Below are positions 41,253-52,102 of a stretch of 64,000 nucleotides of DNA, piece after piece. The stretch's first letter is position 1. The number at the start of each line of letters is the position of its first letter. Origin of the DNA: Candidatus Hodarchaeota archaeon (lineage in GTDB: Archaea > Asgardarchaeota > Lokiarchaeia > Sigyniarchaeales > SOKP01); NCBI GenBank assembly GCA_048887225.1, contig JBHLJY010000005.1:1-64000 (forward strand), given 5' to 3'. The notes below the pieces were generated by a model, which did not search any database, was not told the DNA's origin, and saw only the letters and a program-made list of their open reading frames with translations. Both the position numbers and the translations under genes were made by a program.

Positions 41253-42086
41253 TTATAAATTTAAGACTTCACGTGTATTATATATCTTATTTTCTCTAGC
41301 TTTAGATATAAATTTTATAGCGGTTATTGACCCATTGGCAAAACACATTCTACTATGAGCTTGATGTTTTAATTCGATTCGTTCACCAGGACCAGCGTAT
41401 AAAACAGTATGATCACCAACTATATCACCTGCGCGGATAGAATGAACGCCTATTTCGTTTTTAGCGCCAATTAACCTTTGATTAGGTCCTAAGTTGCGAC
41501 CAAATTTTGCTATATCGTTAAATTCACTCCCAATTGTATCACCTATAATTTTTCCAATGGTTAATGCCGTCCCAGAAGGTGAATCTCGCTTCCTATGATG
41601 ATGGGCTTCGATTATTTCTATGTCCCAATCTTCTAAATAATTTGTCAAAATAGACACCATTTTGAAAAAAATATTTACGCCTGTAGCCATATTTGACGAA
41701 ACAACAGCTGGCGCTTCATTTTCTTTCACTAATTTCTCAAATTCTTTAAAGAATTTTTCAGAAAGTCCAGTAGTTCCAATTACACAACGGATTCCATTCT
41801 TAACACAGATCTTACAATTATTCTCTGTTGCTTTTGCGATTGAGAAATCCACAGCAACATCTGGATTTGTATTAACTATAATCTCTTGAAGATTTTCAAC
41901 ATTACTAATTATTAATTTATTAGGATCTTTAGTGCCAGCTATATTGCCTAACATATCACCAATATTACTTACATCACAAGCAGCAACAACTTCAATCTCA
42001 TTATCTTCTAAAGCTAACTTGCTAATTAATCTACCCATTGAGCCATTTGCGCCTAAAATTATTAATTTAATCAAATAAAACACCAC
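41253..42086 (-). CDS. dapB: 4-hydroxy-tetrahydrodipicolinate reductase
   Basis: GANGSMG, DFS, GTTG, EAHHHRKRDSPSGTA, RAGDIVGDH. Confidence 0.95.
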   Translation of the reverse strand: MVFYLIKLIILGANGSMGRLISKLALEDNEIEVVAACDVSNIGDMLGNIAGTKDPNKLIISNVENLQEIIVNTNPDVAVDFSIAKATENNCKICVKNGIRCVIGTTGLSEKFFKEFEKLVKENEAPAVVSSNMATGVNIFFKMVSILTNYLEDWDIEIIEAHHHRKRDSPSGTALTIGKIIGDTIGSEFNDIAKFGRNLGPNQRLIGAKNEIGVHSIRAGDIVGDHTVLYAGPGERIELKHQAHSRMCFANGSITAIKFISKARENKIYNTREVLNL

Positions 42087-42089
42087 CTT

Positions 42090-42998
42090 TTAAATTAAAT
42101 TCAATCTCTTTAATACAGTTTTAATTTTTTCACAATTCGCATCTAATGGTGGTGTAAGAGGTAATCTCATCCTTTTATTCATTATACCCATTATTTCAGC
42201 GGCATATTTCACAGGTCCGGGATTAGTCTCAATGAATAACACTTTAAATAGGTCGTATAATTCAAGTTGCATTTTCCTAGCTTTTTCCCAATCGCCGGCA
42301 TTCATTGTTTTTGTGAATTCAAATATTTTAGCAGGGATTATATTTGATGCTACGCTTATAACTCCTACACCCCCTAAAGCCATAAGGTGATATGTCATAC
42401 CATCATCTCCACTTAGAACTATGAAATCATCTGGCGTCATTTTAATGATTTTTGTTATCTGATCTATGTTTCCACTTGCGCATTTAATCCCTACAATATT
42501 ATCTTTTTTCCTTGCTAATGTAGCAACGGTTTCTGGATCTAAATTTCGCACTGTACGACTTGGTACATTATATAAGATAATCGGTAGGCTAATAGAATCA
42601 GCAATAGCGGAATAGTGATCAATTAATGAATGCTGAACTGGTTTATTATAATAAGGCACAACAATTAAGCATCCATCCGCTCCTGCTTTTTCTGCATATT
42701 GACTTAACGATATTGCCTCATGTGTTGCGTTGCTACCAGTTCCGGCCAAAACAAATGGATTCTTACCAGTTTTTTTTGCCTCATCTACACAAATATTTAT
42801 TGCTCTATGATGTTCTTCATGAGTAAGAGTCGCACTTTCACCAGTTGTTCCCATTGTTAATGGCTGACAACCATTATCAATTTGAAATCTAATAAATTTT
42901 CTATATTTTTCTTCATCAATAGAAAAATCTTCATTAAACGGCGTGATCATGGCCGTTATGACATTTTTTAACTTATCTAATTTTTTAAATTGAGACAT
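42090..42998 (-). CDS. dapA: 4-hydroxy-tetrahydrodipicolinate synthase
   Basis: GTTGES, PYYNKP, YNVPSRT, GIK, SGDD, ETNP. Confidence 0.95.
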   Translation of the reverse strand: MSQFKKLDKLKNVITAMITPFNEDFSIDEEKYRKFIRFQIDNGCQPLTMGTTGESATLTHEEHHRAINICVDEAKKTGKNPFVLAGTGSNATHEAISLSQYAEKAGADGCLIVVPYYNKPVQHSLIDHYSAIADSISLPIILYNVPSRTVRNLDPETVATLARKKDNIVGIKCASGNIDQITKIIKMTPDDFIVLSGDDGMTYHLMALGGVGVISVASNIIPAKIFEFTKTMNAGDWEKARKMQLELYDLFKVLFIETNPGPVKYAAEIMGIMNKRMRLPLTPPLDANCEKIKTVLKRLNLI

Positions 42999-43112
42999 AA
43001 CAATTTTACCTCTTCAAATTAAACTTTTAATTAAAGTATTAATTGGAAGGAATCCTTTATAAGCCTTATCAATAGTTTTATTAATTATTTGTAAGGAAGA
43101 TATAGAGAGTAT

Positions 43113-44360
43113 TTATTTTTTATTTTCCTTTAATTTCTTTTTTATTAAAAAGCCCATTTTACTTTGCATACCCCATAGGGGAATAAATCCGTAGCTTAAT
43201 CTTTGATTAAATGTACTTTCAGTATCGTAAGTAGCCAAATTTAAATCGTATAACCCATAAGGAGATTCTCGAGCTACAACTTCGGCACTTCCTTTAAATA
43301 ATTTAACTTTGACACTACCCGTAACTTTTACATTAACTTCGTTTATGAAAGCTTCTAAAGCGTCTTTTAAAGGATCGACCCACAATCCTTCGTAAGCTAA
43401 TTCAGTCCATCTTTGATCGACTATGGTTTTAAACGAATTTTCGTGCTTAGTACATACGTATTTTTCGAGATCTTTATGTGCTTTAATTAAAATTAATGCT
43501 GCTGGAGTTTCATATGTTTCACGAGATTTTAATCCGATAGCTCGATCTTCCATATGTTCTATTCTTCCTACTCCATGCTTGCATCCTAAATCATGTAATT
43601 TCTTGATTAGATTAACATTATTTATTTTTTCACCATTCAAACCAACAGGTATTCCTTCTTCAAAGTTGATGGTAATGTATTCAACCTTATCAGGAGCTTC
43701 TTCAGGAGCAGTAGTCCATTCTTTAGAATCTTCTGGCGGTTCAATTTCAGGATGTTCTAATATATCACACTCAGCGCTTCTCCCAAAAAGATTTTCGTCA
43801 ATACTATATTTCTTAGCCTGATCTGATATTGGGATTCCATATTGTTGAGCGTATCTAATTTCTTCGTCTCTACCCATATTCCATTCTATTAAGGGTTGCA
43901 ATACCTCAATTTCAGGAGCGTACGCATTTACAGTAATATTAATTCTAATTTGATCATTTCCTTTTCCTGTACACCCATGTGCAACTGTAGAAATCCCTTC
44001 ATTTTTTGCAATCTTAACAGCTTCAATCGCTATCAATGGTCTTCCTACAGCGGTACTTAATGGATAAACTCCTTGATATAATCCATTTGCCTTAATTGTT
44101 GGAAAAATATATTCCTTTACAAATTTCTCTTTTAAATCAACCTTAAAATGTTTAAAAGCGCCTAATTTATACGCTTTTTCTTCAATTTCTTTAAATCTGT
44201 TAGGATTGGCAAATTCTTGTCCTAAATCAGCAGTAAATGTATAGATTTTGGCACCGTAAGTTTCCTGAAGCCATTTTATCATGCAAGAAGTATCTAAACC
44301 TCCCGAATACATTAACAGGATCTTATCGTACTTGTCCTTTTTGGGTCCTAATTGATTCAT
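43113..44360 (-). CDS. argG: argininosuccinate synthase
   Basis: YSGGLDTS, HGCTGKGNDQIR, SIDENL, KSRE. Confidence 0.96.
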   Translation of the reverse strand: MNQLGPKKDKYDKILLMYSGGLDTSCMIKWLQETYGAKIYTFTADLGQEFANPNRFKEIEEKAYKLGAFKHFKVDLKEKFVKEYIFPTIKANGLYQGVYPLSTAVGRPLIAIEAVKIAKNEGISTVAHGCTGKGNDQIRINITVNAYAPEIEVLQPLIEWNMGRDEEIRYAQQYGIPISDQAKKYSIDENLFGRSAECDILEHPEIEPPEDSKEWTTAPEEAPDKVEYITINFEEGIPVGLNGEKINNVNLIKKLHDLGCKHGVGRIEHMEDRAIGLKSRETYETPAALILIKAHKDLEKYVCTKHENSFKTIVDQRWTELAYEGLWVDPLKDALEAFINEVNVKVTGSVKVKLFKGSAEVVARESPYGLYDLNLATYDTESTFNQRLSYGFIPLWGMQSKMGFLIKKKLKENKK

Positions 44361-44611
44361 ATTCCATCATCTCAAAATGATAAACATATAAAGATTCGAT
44401 AGAATTTATTTTTTCTTGTTGAATTCAATTTAAAATTTATAGAATAAAAAAAAGAAATAATAGAATCTAAAATAAAAACACTAATATCCGAAATAATTAA
44501 GGTTTTAAAACTTCCTAATTTCCCAACATAATTCAAGATATTAAAAAAGGTTAAAAGATTTAAAAATATTTAATTTACAAAATTAAACCCTCTCTATCAT
44601 CTCAAAATAAA

Positions 44612-45607
44612 TTGAATTATTTAGACAAATTCCAAGGCTGTTTATTAGGCGTAGCAATAGGGGATACTTTAGGACATCCTTTTGAAGGAAAATTAAGAGC
44701 TGAAATATATTCACATTTTAAAAATTTTGAAGATTTTATATACAATAACAGAAGATTATTTAATACATATACTGATGACACACAGCTCACATTACACACT
44801 GCTGAAGCGTTAATTCGAGGAAATGGATTCAACCTTAATAATTTTATCAGTGAATACATTAAATGGTTGGATGATCCTCCAATTGGTCCTGGATATGGTT
44901 GTATTTCTTCAATCAGAAGATTAAAATATGGTATAATTAGGGAAGAAGCTGCTTCTAATTCTGGTGGCAATGGAACAGCCATGCGAATTGCGCCAGTTGG
45001 ACTATTTTATTGTAAAGATTTAATAGGTTTAAAAACAGTAGCAATCAAATCGAGTAAAATTACACACTCTCATCCTGCCGCTTCTGCTGGAGCAGTCGTT
45101 ATTGCAAGAGCTATTGCTTATTTAATTGAAAAAAATCCAAAAACAAAATTTTCGGTTGACGAATTTTTTGATACTATAATATCTTCTATCTCTGGCTCTC
45201 AGCACGAGATTTGGGAAGAATTTATCAAGATCTTACATAAATTAAAATCGAATCTCGATTTATCAATAGAGGCAGCTTTAATAAAATTCTCACAAGCGGG
45301 CGTAAAATCACCTTATTTTATAGAACAATTCTTAGGACAAGCTTTTGTACATCCTTACACTTTAAGTACAGTAGCGTGCGCAATTTTTATCTTTTTAAAA
45401 AGGTTAGATTCATTTAAAGAATGTATCTTTGAACTTTCTACTGCTGGAGGAGATAGTGACACAACCGGAGCAATTGGAGGCAGTCTAGCCGGAGCGTATT
45501 TTGGTCTAAAGAATATTCCAAATAATTTGATAAAATTAGTTAAAAATTATAATAAAATTTTGAAAATTTCCGAAACTCTTTACAATAAATTTGAGGAGCT
45601 TTATTAA
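44612..45607 (+). CDS. ADP-ribosylglycohydrolase
   Basis: GVAIGDTLG, TDDT, GNGTAMR, THSH, GDSDTT. Confidence 0.92.
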   Translation: MNYLDKFQGCLLGVAIGDTLGHPFEGKLRAEIYSHFKNFEDFIYNNRRLFNTYTDDTQLTLHTAEALIRGNGFNLNNFISEYIKWLDDPPIGPGYGCISSIRRLKYGIIREEAASNSGGNGTAMRIAPVGLFYCKDLIGLKTVAIKSSKITHSHPAASAGAVVIARAIAYLIEKNPKTKFSVDEFFDTIISSISGSQHEIWEEFIKILHKLKSNLDLSIEAALIKFSQAGVKSPYFIEQFLGQAFVHPYTLSTVACAIFIFLKRLDSFKECIFELSTAGGDSDTTGAIGGSLAGAYFGLKNIPNNLIKLVKNYNKILKISETLYNKFEELY

Positions 45608-45658
45608 ATAAGTCATTTTGTTTTAAAATAAGGAAGAAATCTCTTATTACAAATTATT

Positions 45659-46231
45659 TTAATTTGAAAAGACCTTATTCATTTTTTTTGAGCAAGATTG
45701 GCAATATTCAGCGGGTTTTTCGTCTGTATCCGCTAAACAATTTGAAAATTGCATTACACAGTTATTATTGCAATGTTCTAAACCAAAAGTATGTCCGAGC
45801 TCGTGAACAGCTTCTTTTAAACCTCTTAATTCAAATAAAGCTTCATTTTTAGGTCTTCTGTAAAAGCTTTCTCTAAGGCGTGCAATTGAAATTAATGCTG
45901 CTCCAGGACCTTTTAAAAAATATTTTTTAGGAATTATCGCAACACCAAAAACGAAATTCAGAAATCTTGAAAAAATGTCTTTATCAATTATTCCTAACGT
46001 ACGAAAATATTGTTTTTTATTTATATGCTCAATAAGCTTTCTTAAAAGTAAAGATGCGTTATATTGTCTTCTTGAAGCGTTGTACTCAGAATCAGTTAAA
46101 GGGATTGACTCTGACAAGATTTTCACAGAATCTATAAAATCTTTTAGCGCCCATTTTAAATTTTTTTTTAATTTTATTAAAATTCCTGGCTCTAAATCTC
46201 CAATCTTTTGAATGTAAATGATTTTTTTCAA
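45659..46231 (-). CDS. amzA: archaemetzincin (M54 Zn metalloprotease)
   Basis: RRQY, NFVFG, KEAVHELGHTFGLEHC...CVM.FSN...C..C. Confidence 0.92.
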   Translation of the reverse strand: MKKIIYIQKIGDLEPGILIKLKKNLKWALKDFIDSVKILSESIPLTDSEYNASRRQYNASLLLRKLIEHINKKQYFRTLGIIDKDIFSRFLNFVFGVAIIPKKYFLKGPGAALISIARLRESFYRRPKNEALFELRGLKEAVHELGHTFGLEHCNNNCVMQFSNCLADTDEKPAEYCQSCSKKMNKVFSN

Positions 46232-46417
46232 CGAGAATCCTTTAAATATTTAAAATTCTTATTTTCAATTCTATCTAGTAAAATATCAACTAAGAAATAT
46301 TGTTTCTTAATTGTCTTTAAAAAAAGAAAAATTGAAAAAATAATATTACCTTTTATAGAAATAAGCTTAACCTTAAATATACTTTTTATTGGACCTATAG
46401 TTTTTCTCAAAAACTAT

Positions 46418-46523
46418 GGGAGGGTGGTCTAGCTTGGTATGATACTGTAAAGAACATTAATCTTTACGGCTTGAATCTTGGTTTGGGACCAAGGGGTCGG
46501 GGGTTCAAATCCCCCCTCTCCCA
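46418..46523 (+). tRNA. tRNA-Pro(TGG) with 32-nt intron (46444-46475) at position 25/26
   Basis: acceptor GGGAGGG/CTCTCCC, anticodon arm CTTGG-TTTGGGA-CCAAG, T arm GGGGG-TTCAAAT-CCCCC; intron hairpin CTGTAAAGA/TCTTTACGG. Confidence 0.93.
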
Positions 46524-46579
46524 TTTCAGTTAATCTAATCAATGGATTCTTCGATATTAAAATATAATAAATTTTAGTT

Positions 46580-47113
46580 TTAAGATTTGATCAAAAGAGT
46601 GATAGCAGCCACAATTGCCCAGCCAATACAGATAAACAATAAAATCATCTTCACGAGAGCGAAACTGCTATGTATTAATGCCCATATATCAGGAAAGCCT
46701 GTTGGATCTGTAAGCATTAATAAAATGAATATATTTTCTGTCGCGTCACAACATGCAGCAATAACACCTAAGAGGGCAATTATATGACCCGAATTATTCC
46801 AAAATGAGCCCACTTCAAATTTTCGAGATATTATCAAAGCTAAACTAAAAGCAAAAGTTCCATAACCAACCATATATGCGTAATCTAGAGTTTCTACTAT
46901 TCTATAGTATTTTACGTCAGTAATACTATAATATTCTTTCATTTTGGACCCGCTGAAGGATAATTGGCTCTCAGTGAAGCTTACGGGAAATCCTGATAAT
47001 AAGAAGAAGTATGCCATAATTAGAAAGATTAATATTGAGAGTATAATACCCAGAATTACTAGATACTTAGTAATTTTAGGAGATGGCCAATCATTTAATT
47101 TTTCTAAAACCAT
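46580..47113 (-). CDS. four-TM membrane protein
   Basis: hydrophobic helices with LD..Y and D..EN motifs. Confidence 0.65.
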   Translation of the reverse strand: MVLEKLNDWPSPKITKYLVILGIILSILIFLIMAYFFLLSGFPVSFTESQLSFSGSKMKEYYSITDVKYYRIVETLDYAYMVGYGTFAFSLALIISRKFEVGSFWNNSGHIIALLGVIAACCDATENIFILLMLTDPTGFPDIWALIHSSFALVKMILLFICIGWAIVAAITLLIKS

Positions 47114-47160
47114 TTTTTGAAACCTCTTAAAAAAATTAATGAATTAAAATATGAGGTTCT

Positions 47161-48231
47161 CTAATTTAAATGCTTTCTTAATTCTTTTGAGATTTTGTCA
47201 ACTTTTTTGTCTTTTATCCAGTATCGAATCTTCTTTGACCTAAGTAAAGTTTGAATTTTTTCATTCAACTCATTCATTTTCCTTCTATCTTTTTCAGATA
47301 ACTGAGGGACTTTTTCTAAAATCTTTTCCTTGACTTTCTCAACTTCTTTTTCTATAATTGGAATACTAATCTGCTCCTTTCCTTCGATAAGCCTTTTTCT
47401 CAAAATCTCTTTAATACTTTTTACCCATCCTTTAACCCATGGATAATGCCCTTTTTTTACAGGATCTTTTATGATAATATTTTTTCTATCAACAATGATT
47501 AAATCATCAGGGCATGAATTCTCGCAGGCACCACAATAAAAACATTCTTCCTCGTTACACGCAATTTTTCCGTATTTTATAACTTCTTCTGCACTTTCAG
47601 GAATAAAAAAAGATTCTACAGGGCATATATTAACGCACGCTTTACAACCTTGGGGATCACACTTCCATAACATATTTTTTTTGATGATTACCTCTCCTTC
47701 TATTGGAGAATCTATATGAAAGCATTGCGTTGGACATTCTTTTTTGATTTTATAATAATCTTTTATATTATTTCGATCTAACACCTTCAAACATAATCGA
47801 CAAACTTCATTATTAGGATCTTCAATACATTTATTTTCATCAATTTTGTAAAACTTGCCCATCGTTGGAAATTCTTCAAGGTCTATTTGCCCTTCAGGTT
47901 CAAGAATTTCGTGAAAAGCGTCGTTTGGGCAAACTATAACGCATAACATACAGTAGCAGCATTTTTCATGGTCAATTAAAAGTTTAGGATTAGAATCGTC
48001 TAAAATGTTTTGAGCAATTTCTGGAATTGGACCAAGTTCAATTGCATCAACGGGACATACCAACTTGCATAAACTACACCCAATACATTTATTAATATCG
48101 TATGTAAGGTTTTTATTAACATCTTTATATTTCCAATTGAGAATGAACTGTTCTGGACCAATTTCCAGCTTTTTTTCAATTGCTTCTTCCGCTTCAGTTG
48201 GATAATTATCATCCTGAGTTATTGGAGAAAT
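47161..48231 (-). CDS. polyferredoxin (multiple 4Fe-4S, FwdF-like; probable ATT/ATA start)
   Basis: repeated CxxCxxCxxxCP; the first cluster CIGCSLCKLVCP begins upstream of the ORF-track TTG at 48063; frame open up to 48246. Confidence 0.8.
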   Translation of the reverse strand: MSPITQDDNYPTEAEEAIEKKLEIGPEQFILNWKYKDVNKNLTYDINKCIGCSLCKLVCPVDAIELGPIPEIAQNILDDSNPKLLIDHEKCCYCMLCVIVCPNDAFHEILEPEGQIDLEEFPTMGKFYKIDENKCIEDPNNEVCRLCLKVLDRNNIKDYYKIKKECPTQCFHIDSPIEGEVIIKKNMLWKCDPQGCKACVNICPVESFFIPESAEEVIKYGKIACNEEECFYCGACENSCPDDLIIVDRKNIIIKDPVKKGHYPWVKGWVKSIKEILRKRLIEGKEQISIPIIEKEVEKVKEKILEKVPQLSEKDRRKMNELNEKIQTLLRSKKIRYWIKDKKVDKISKELRKHLN

Positions 48232-48391
48232 TATTAATCGACCACACTATAAATTCGCTTTTTCCTAATTAATCTAAATTGTTCTATATAATTAATTTTA
48301 ATGCCTTAGAAAAATAAAAAATTAACTCGCACTAATTTTGTGAAATAAAATTTTACTATAATAAAATTAAGAAAAATGCTAGTGGTATTCT

Positions 48392-48892
48392 CTATGAATA
48401 GTAGGAATAGCTTTCTCTATCAAAACCATATATATATTCTATTGAAATTCCATCTGGACGATATTCAGGAGGAGCATAGATAAGATTTAGATTTGGGAAA
48501 TAAGTTCCTATTCCATTTTTTGCAAGAACTATCGCAGGATGATCTGCATCTTTAAAAATTTCTTCGCTAATTCTAAGGGTTGTCGCTCGACACATTCTTT
48601 CATCCCAGATGCCAAGGGAATGAACGTATTCATGTAAAAAAATATGATATGTGTAAGACCAGACAATCTGATAAGGTTGTTCTTCGAGAATTATTTTTAA
48701 AGGTGTTTTATTCATAACTATATCCGTACCTGGAGGAAAATGCATTCCACCAATAAATCCCCCTCTATAAATGCCTAATTCTGCTAATCCTAAACTCAAA
48801 CCAGCCCGATGGCGTCCAAGGATTTTTTTTACATCTTTTTTTACCCGTTCGAAGATATTAGGCATTAAATTCTTAAATTCTTTAAGATTCAT
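48392..48892 (-). CDS. small HEXXH zincin-like metallopeptidase
   Basis: HIFLHEYVHSLG..DE. Confidence 0.7.
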   Translation of the reverse strand: MNLKEFKNLMPNIFERVKKDVKKILGRHRAGLSLGLAELGIYRGGFIGGMHFPPGTDIVMNKTPLKIILEEQPYQIVWSYTYHIFLHEYVHSLGIWDERMCRATTLRISEEIFKDADHPAIVLAKNGIGTYFPNLNLIYAPPEYRPDGISIEYIYGFDRESYSYYS

Positions 48893-48938
48893 AACAATAT
48901 TTTTTCCTTTTTAATTCTCTTAAAATTTATTTTTTAAT

Positions 48939-49760
48939 TTAAAAATCAAAAAACCAATCATCGTCTTCTTCATGGAAAAAATCCATCAAGTTAGATAAGT
49001 CTTTTAGCAAGGGTTTAATGGATATTCGGCTTTGGGCCCGTTCTATTGAATCCATTTCAGAATGGAATAAATCATCTATTAAGCTATCTATATTTATTCT
49101 CTTATAGTATTTATCTGGATTAAAAAAGAAAGTATAAAATATTTCTTCAATTAAATTTAAACTTTCTTGTATATTCTTTGCTTTAAATTGCCGCTCTTTA
49201 ATATTCTTTTCGAGCTCTTTTTTATATTGGCTTTCCATAAGTTTTTTGAGTTCTACAATAAAGCATTGCTTATTTTGTAATAATTCACTTCTATTTCTTT
49301 CCAAATTTCTAATATTATCTTCTATTTCTTTAATTCTTTCACCCAAAAATCGAATTTTTTCATTTGGTGATTTTTTTCTCTGAAAATCTGTTAAAAATCC
49401 AGTATCTTTTAGTTGAATCGCTTTAAAATCATCATCAACTTTAGTTGTACGAAATTTTATCCCATAATAATCAGGTGATATATCTATTCTAAGAGAAATA
49501 TCACTTTTTATTCTATACTCAATTCCTCGTTTTTCAGTGCCAATTTCTTCAATTATCTCATTGTCGTTAAGAATTTTCAATTGACTATGTACAGCTTGTC
49601 TTGATATTCCTAATTCGTTTGCTAATTCCGAAGTGGAGTGTGGAACTTTAGCTAATTTTGCCAAAATTGCTCTTCTTGTTGGGTTTCCCAATATTTCCAA
49701 TAAATTGTCTAAACTAATAAAACTAGTTATTTTATCTCGCTCCTCAAGTTCCATTTTCAA
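48939..49760 (-). CDS. ArsR/Phr-HSR1-like heat-shock regulator
   Basis: ILGNPTRRAIL, ISRQAVHSQL wHTH plus coiled coil; in operon with hsp20-cdc48. Confidence 0.8.
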   Translation of the reverse strand: MKMELEERDKITSFISLDNLLEILGNPTRRAILAKLAKVPHSTSELANELGISRQAVHSQLKILNDNEIIEEIGTEKRGIEYRIKSDISLRIDISPDYYGIKFRTTKVDDDFKAIQLKDTGFLTDFQRKKSPNEKIRFLGERIKEIEDNIRNLERNRSELLQNKQCFIVELKKLMESQYKKELEKNIKERQFKAKNIQESLNLIEEIFYTFFFNPDKYYKRINIDSLIDDLFHSEMDSIERAQSRISIKPLLKDLSNLMDFFHEEDDDWFFDF

Positions 49761-49805
49761 TCATAATCTCTTTTTAACAATTTTAAAAAAAATTAAATAA
49801 ATTAA

Positions 49806-52028
49806 TTATCTATACATTTCTTCTGGTTCTTTAGCATATCTGTCTTGAGCTACTTTAGCACGATCTGCTGATTTTAATACTTTTTCCATAGATTCATCGA
49901 ATTCTTTGTTTGAAATTTTTACCTTCTTCACTGATTCTGAATCTTTTGTATTAATACTAGAATCGGCTAGAGCTTTACGGATTGTTAACAATGTTGCTTC
50001 TTCGCAAATTCCTTGAATATCAGCCCCAGTGTATCCTTCTAAACTTTCAACCATTTTGTCAATATCAACATCTTTAGCTAGGGGTTTATTTTTAAGATGA
50101 ATATCAAATATTTCTTTGCGTGCTTTTTTATCTGGTAGTGGTATTTCAATATGTCTACCGAATCTTCCAGAACGCAACATTGCTGGATCTAGCATATCTG
50201 GTCTATTGGTCGCAGCCAATAAAATCACACCTTTTAATCCTTCTAGTCCGTCCATTTCAGTTAGTAATTGTGATATAACTGATTCAGTTACGTGAGATCC
50301 AGCATATCTTCCCCGTAATCCTGCTATAGCATCAATTTCATCGAAAAAAATAATACAGGGCGCTGCCGACCTTGCTTTTCGAAAAGTCTCTCTAACTGCT
50401 TTTTCACTTTCGCCAACCCATTTGGATAAAAATTCGGGACCTTTTACTGATATAAAATTCACTTCGCTCTCGTGAGCTAATGCTCTTGCTAATAATGTTT
50501 TCCCGGTTCCAGGAGGACCAAATAATAAAATTCCATTTGGAGGTTTTGAATTCAAATGACTATATAATTCAGGATACTTTAAAGGCCACTCTATTACTTC
50601 TTTTAATTGTAATATTGCATCTTCTAAACCACCAACATCCTCCCAAGTTTCGGTAGGCTGTGTTATTAAAACTTCCCTTAATGCCGAAGGTTCAATACTG
50701 TTTAAGGCATGTTCAAAGTTGGTCATTTTAATTTGAAGATTGCTTAACACTTCTGGAGGAATGGGTTTATCTAAATCAATTTTTGGCAGGATTTCCCTTA
50801 TTGCTAACATTGCCGCTTCTTTTGCTAATGCTTCAACATCTGCTCCAACAAATCCGTGAGTCTTTTCAGCCATAAATCGTAAATCAACGTCTTTATATAA
50901 TGGCATTCCACGCGTGTGAATTAATAATATTTCATATCGTCCATCAGTGTCGGGAACTCCAATTTCAATTTCACGATCAAAACGTCCAGGTCTTCTAAGT
51001 GCCGGATCGATGTCATTAACTCTGTTAGTTGCGCCAATTACAATTGTTTCGCCTCTCCCCTCTAAACCATCTAATAACGATAGAAGTTGAGCAACAACTC
51101 TCCTTTCTACTTCTCCTGTTACTTCACCCCTCTTAGGGGCTATTGAATCTAATTCATCGATGAAAATTATTGAAGGCGCATTGTCTTTTGCATCGTCGAA
51201 AATTTTACGGAGGTTTTCTTCACTTTGTCCATAGAATTTGCTCATAATTTCAGGTCCACTAATCGTTATAAAATGAGCATCAGTCTCATAAGCTACCGCT
51301 CTTGCTAACAATGTTTTCCCAGTGCCAGGAGGTCCATGAAGTAATACACCTTTAGGAGGATCTATTCCAATTCTTTTAAATAATTCTGGATGTCTTATCG
51401 GTAATTCAATCATTTCACGGATCTTCTGAATTTCTTCTTCTAAACCGCCGATATCTTCATATGTAACTCTTGCTCTCTCTAATTCTATAAGCTCTCTGTG
51501 ACTTTTTTCGCTAAAAACAATCTTACTATCTAAATGGATTCTAACAGCATCAGATTTAGGGCTATAATCTATAACCACGAGATCTACTCTGCGGCCGTAA
51601 GCGTAAAAGCTTAAGATATCATCTTTTGTAATTACTCGATTCTCTAATTTTCTCGCTAATTGCTGAGAATTTTTTAGTATTATCGCTTCTTTTAAACCAG
51701 CAAAGGTTATTTTATCTGCTAAGGCAGCTTCTATTTTACGAATTTCTACTATATCGTCTAAAGAAGCCCCTAAATTTCTTCTTAAAGATTGGTCGATCCG
51801 AATTATCCCAGTTTCTTTGTCTTCCGTTCTTCCAGGCCACAGTAATGCCGCAGTTTTTAAATTTGTTGTAGGATGTGCTATTTCTATTACATCACCAGTT
51901 TTCAGATTTAATTCTGAAGTTAAATCAGGATCTATTCTTACAATACCCCTGCCGGCATCTTCCTTAAAAGCATCCTTTACTCTTAACTTGTTTCCTTTTC
52001 CTTCATATCCACTTGTAAAACCACTCAT
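49806..52028 (-). CDS. cdc48: CDC48/VCP AAA+ ATPase
   Basis: N domain, two GPPGTGKT Walker A motifs, DELD/DEID, C-terminal MYR (HbYX). Confidence 0.96.
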   Translation of the reverse strand: MSGFTSGYEGKGNKLRVKDAFKEDAGRGIVRIDPDLTSELNLKTGDVIEIAHPTTNLKTAALLWPGRTEDKETGIIRIDQSLRRNLGASLDDIVEIRKIEAALADKITFAGLKEAIILKNSQQLARKLENRVITKDDILSFYAYGRRVDLVVIDYSPKSDAVRIHLDSKIVFSEKSHRELIELERARVTYEDIGGLEEEIQKIREMIELPIRHPELFKRIGIDPPKGVLLHGPPGTGKTLLARAVAYETDAHFITISGPEIMSKFYGQSEENLRKIFDDAKDNAPSIIFIDELDSIAPKRGEVTGEVERRVVAQLLSLLDGLEGRGETIVIGATNRVNDIDPALRRPGRFDREIEIGVPDTDGRYEILLIHTRGMPLYKDVDLRFMAEKTHGFVGADVEALAKEAAMLAIREILPKIDLDKPIPPEVLSNLQIKMTNFEHALNSIEPSALREVLITQPTETWEDVGGLEDAILQLKEVIEWPLKYPELYSHLNSKPPNGILLFGPPGTGKTLLARALAHESEVNFISVKGPEFLSKWVGESEKAVRETFRKARSAAPCIIFFDEIDAIAGLRGRYAGSHVTESVISQLLTEMDGLEGLKGVILLAATNRPDMLDPAMLRSGRFGRHIEIPLPDKKARKEIFDIHLKNKPLAKDVDIDKMVESLEGYTGADIQGICEEATLLTIRKALADSSINTKDSESVKKVKISNKEFDESMEKVLKSADRAKVAQDRYAKEPEEMYR

Positions 52029-52102
52029 CTTCTTGCTAAAATCTAAATTTTTTTTTCAATTATTGTAATAATTTTTAATAATTAAGATTTAATTCTGATT
52101 TT

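Noticed and set aside
46208-46432. Short ORFs upstream of the tRNA (46208..46432 and 46228..46410)
   Set aside because: AT-rich promoter region, one overlapping the tRNA; low-complexity translation
48000-48212. Frameshifted or pseudogene N-terminus of the polyferredoxin
   Set aside because: The missing Cys motif is in the same frame as the main ORF; no frameshift is needed, only a non-canonical start
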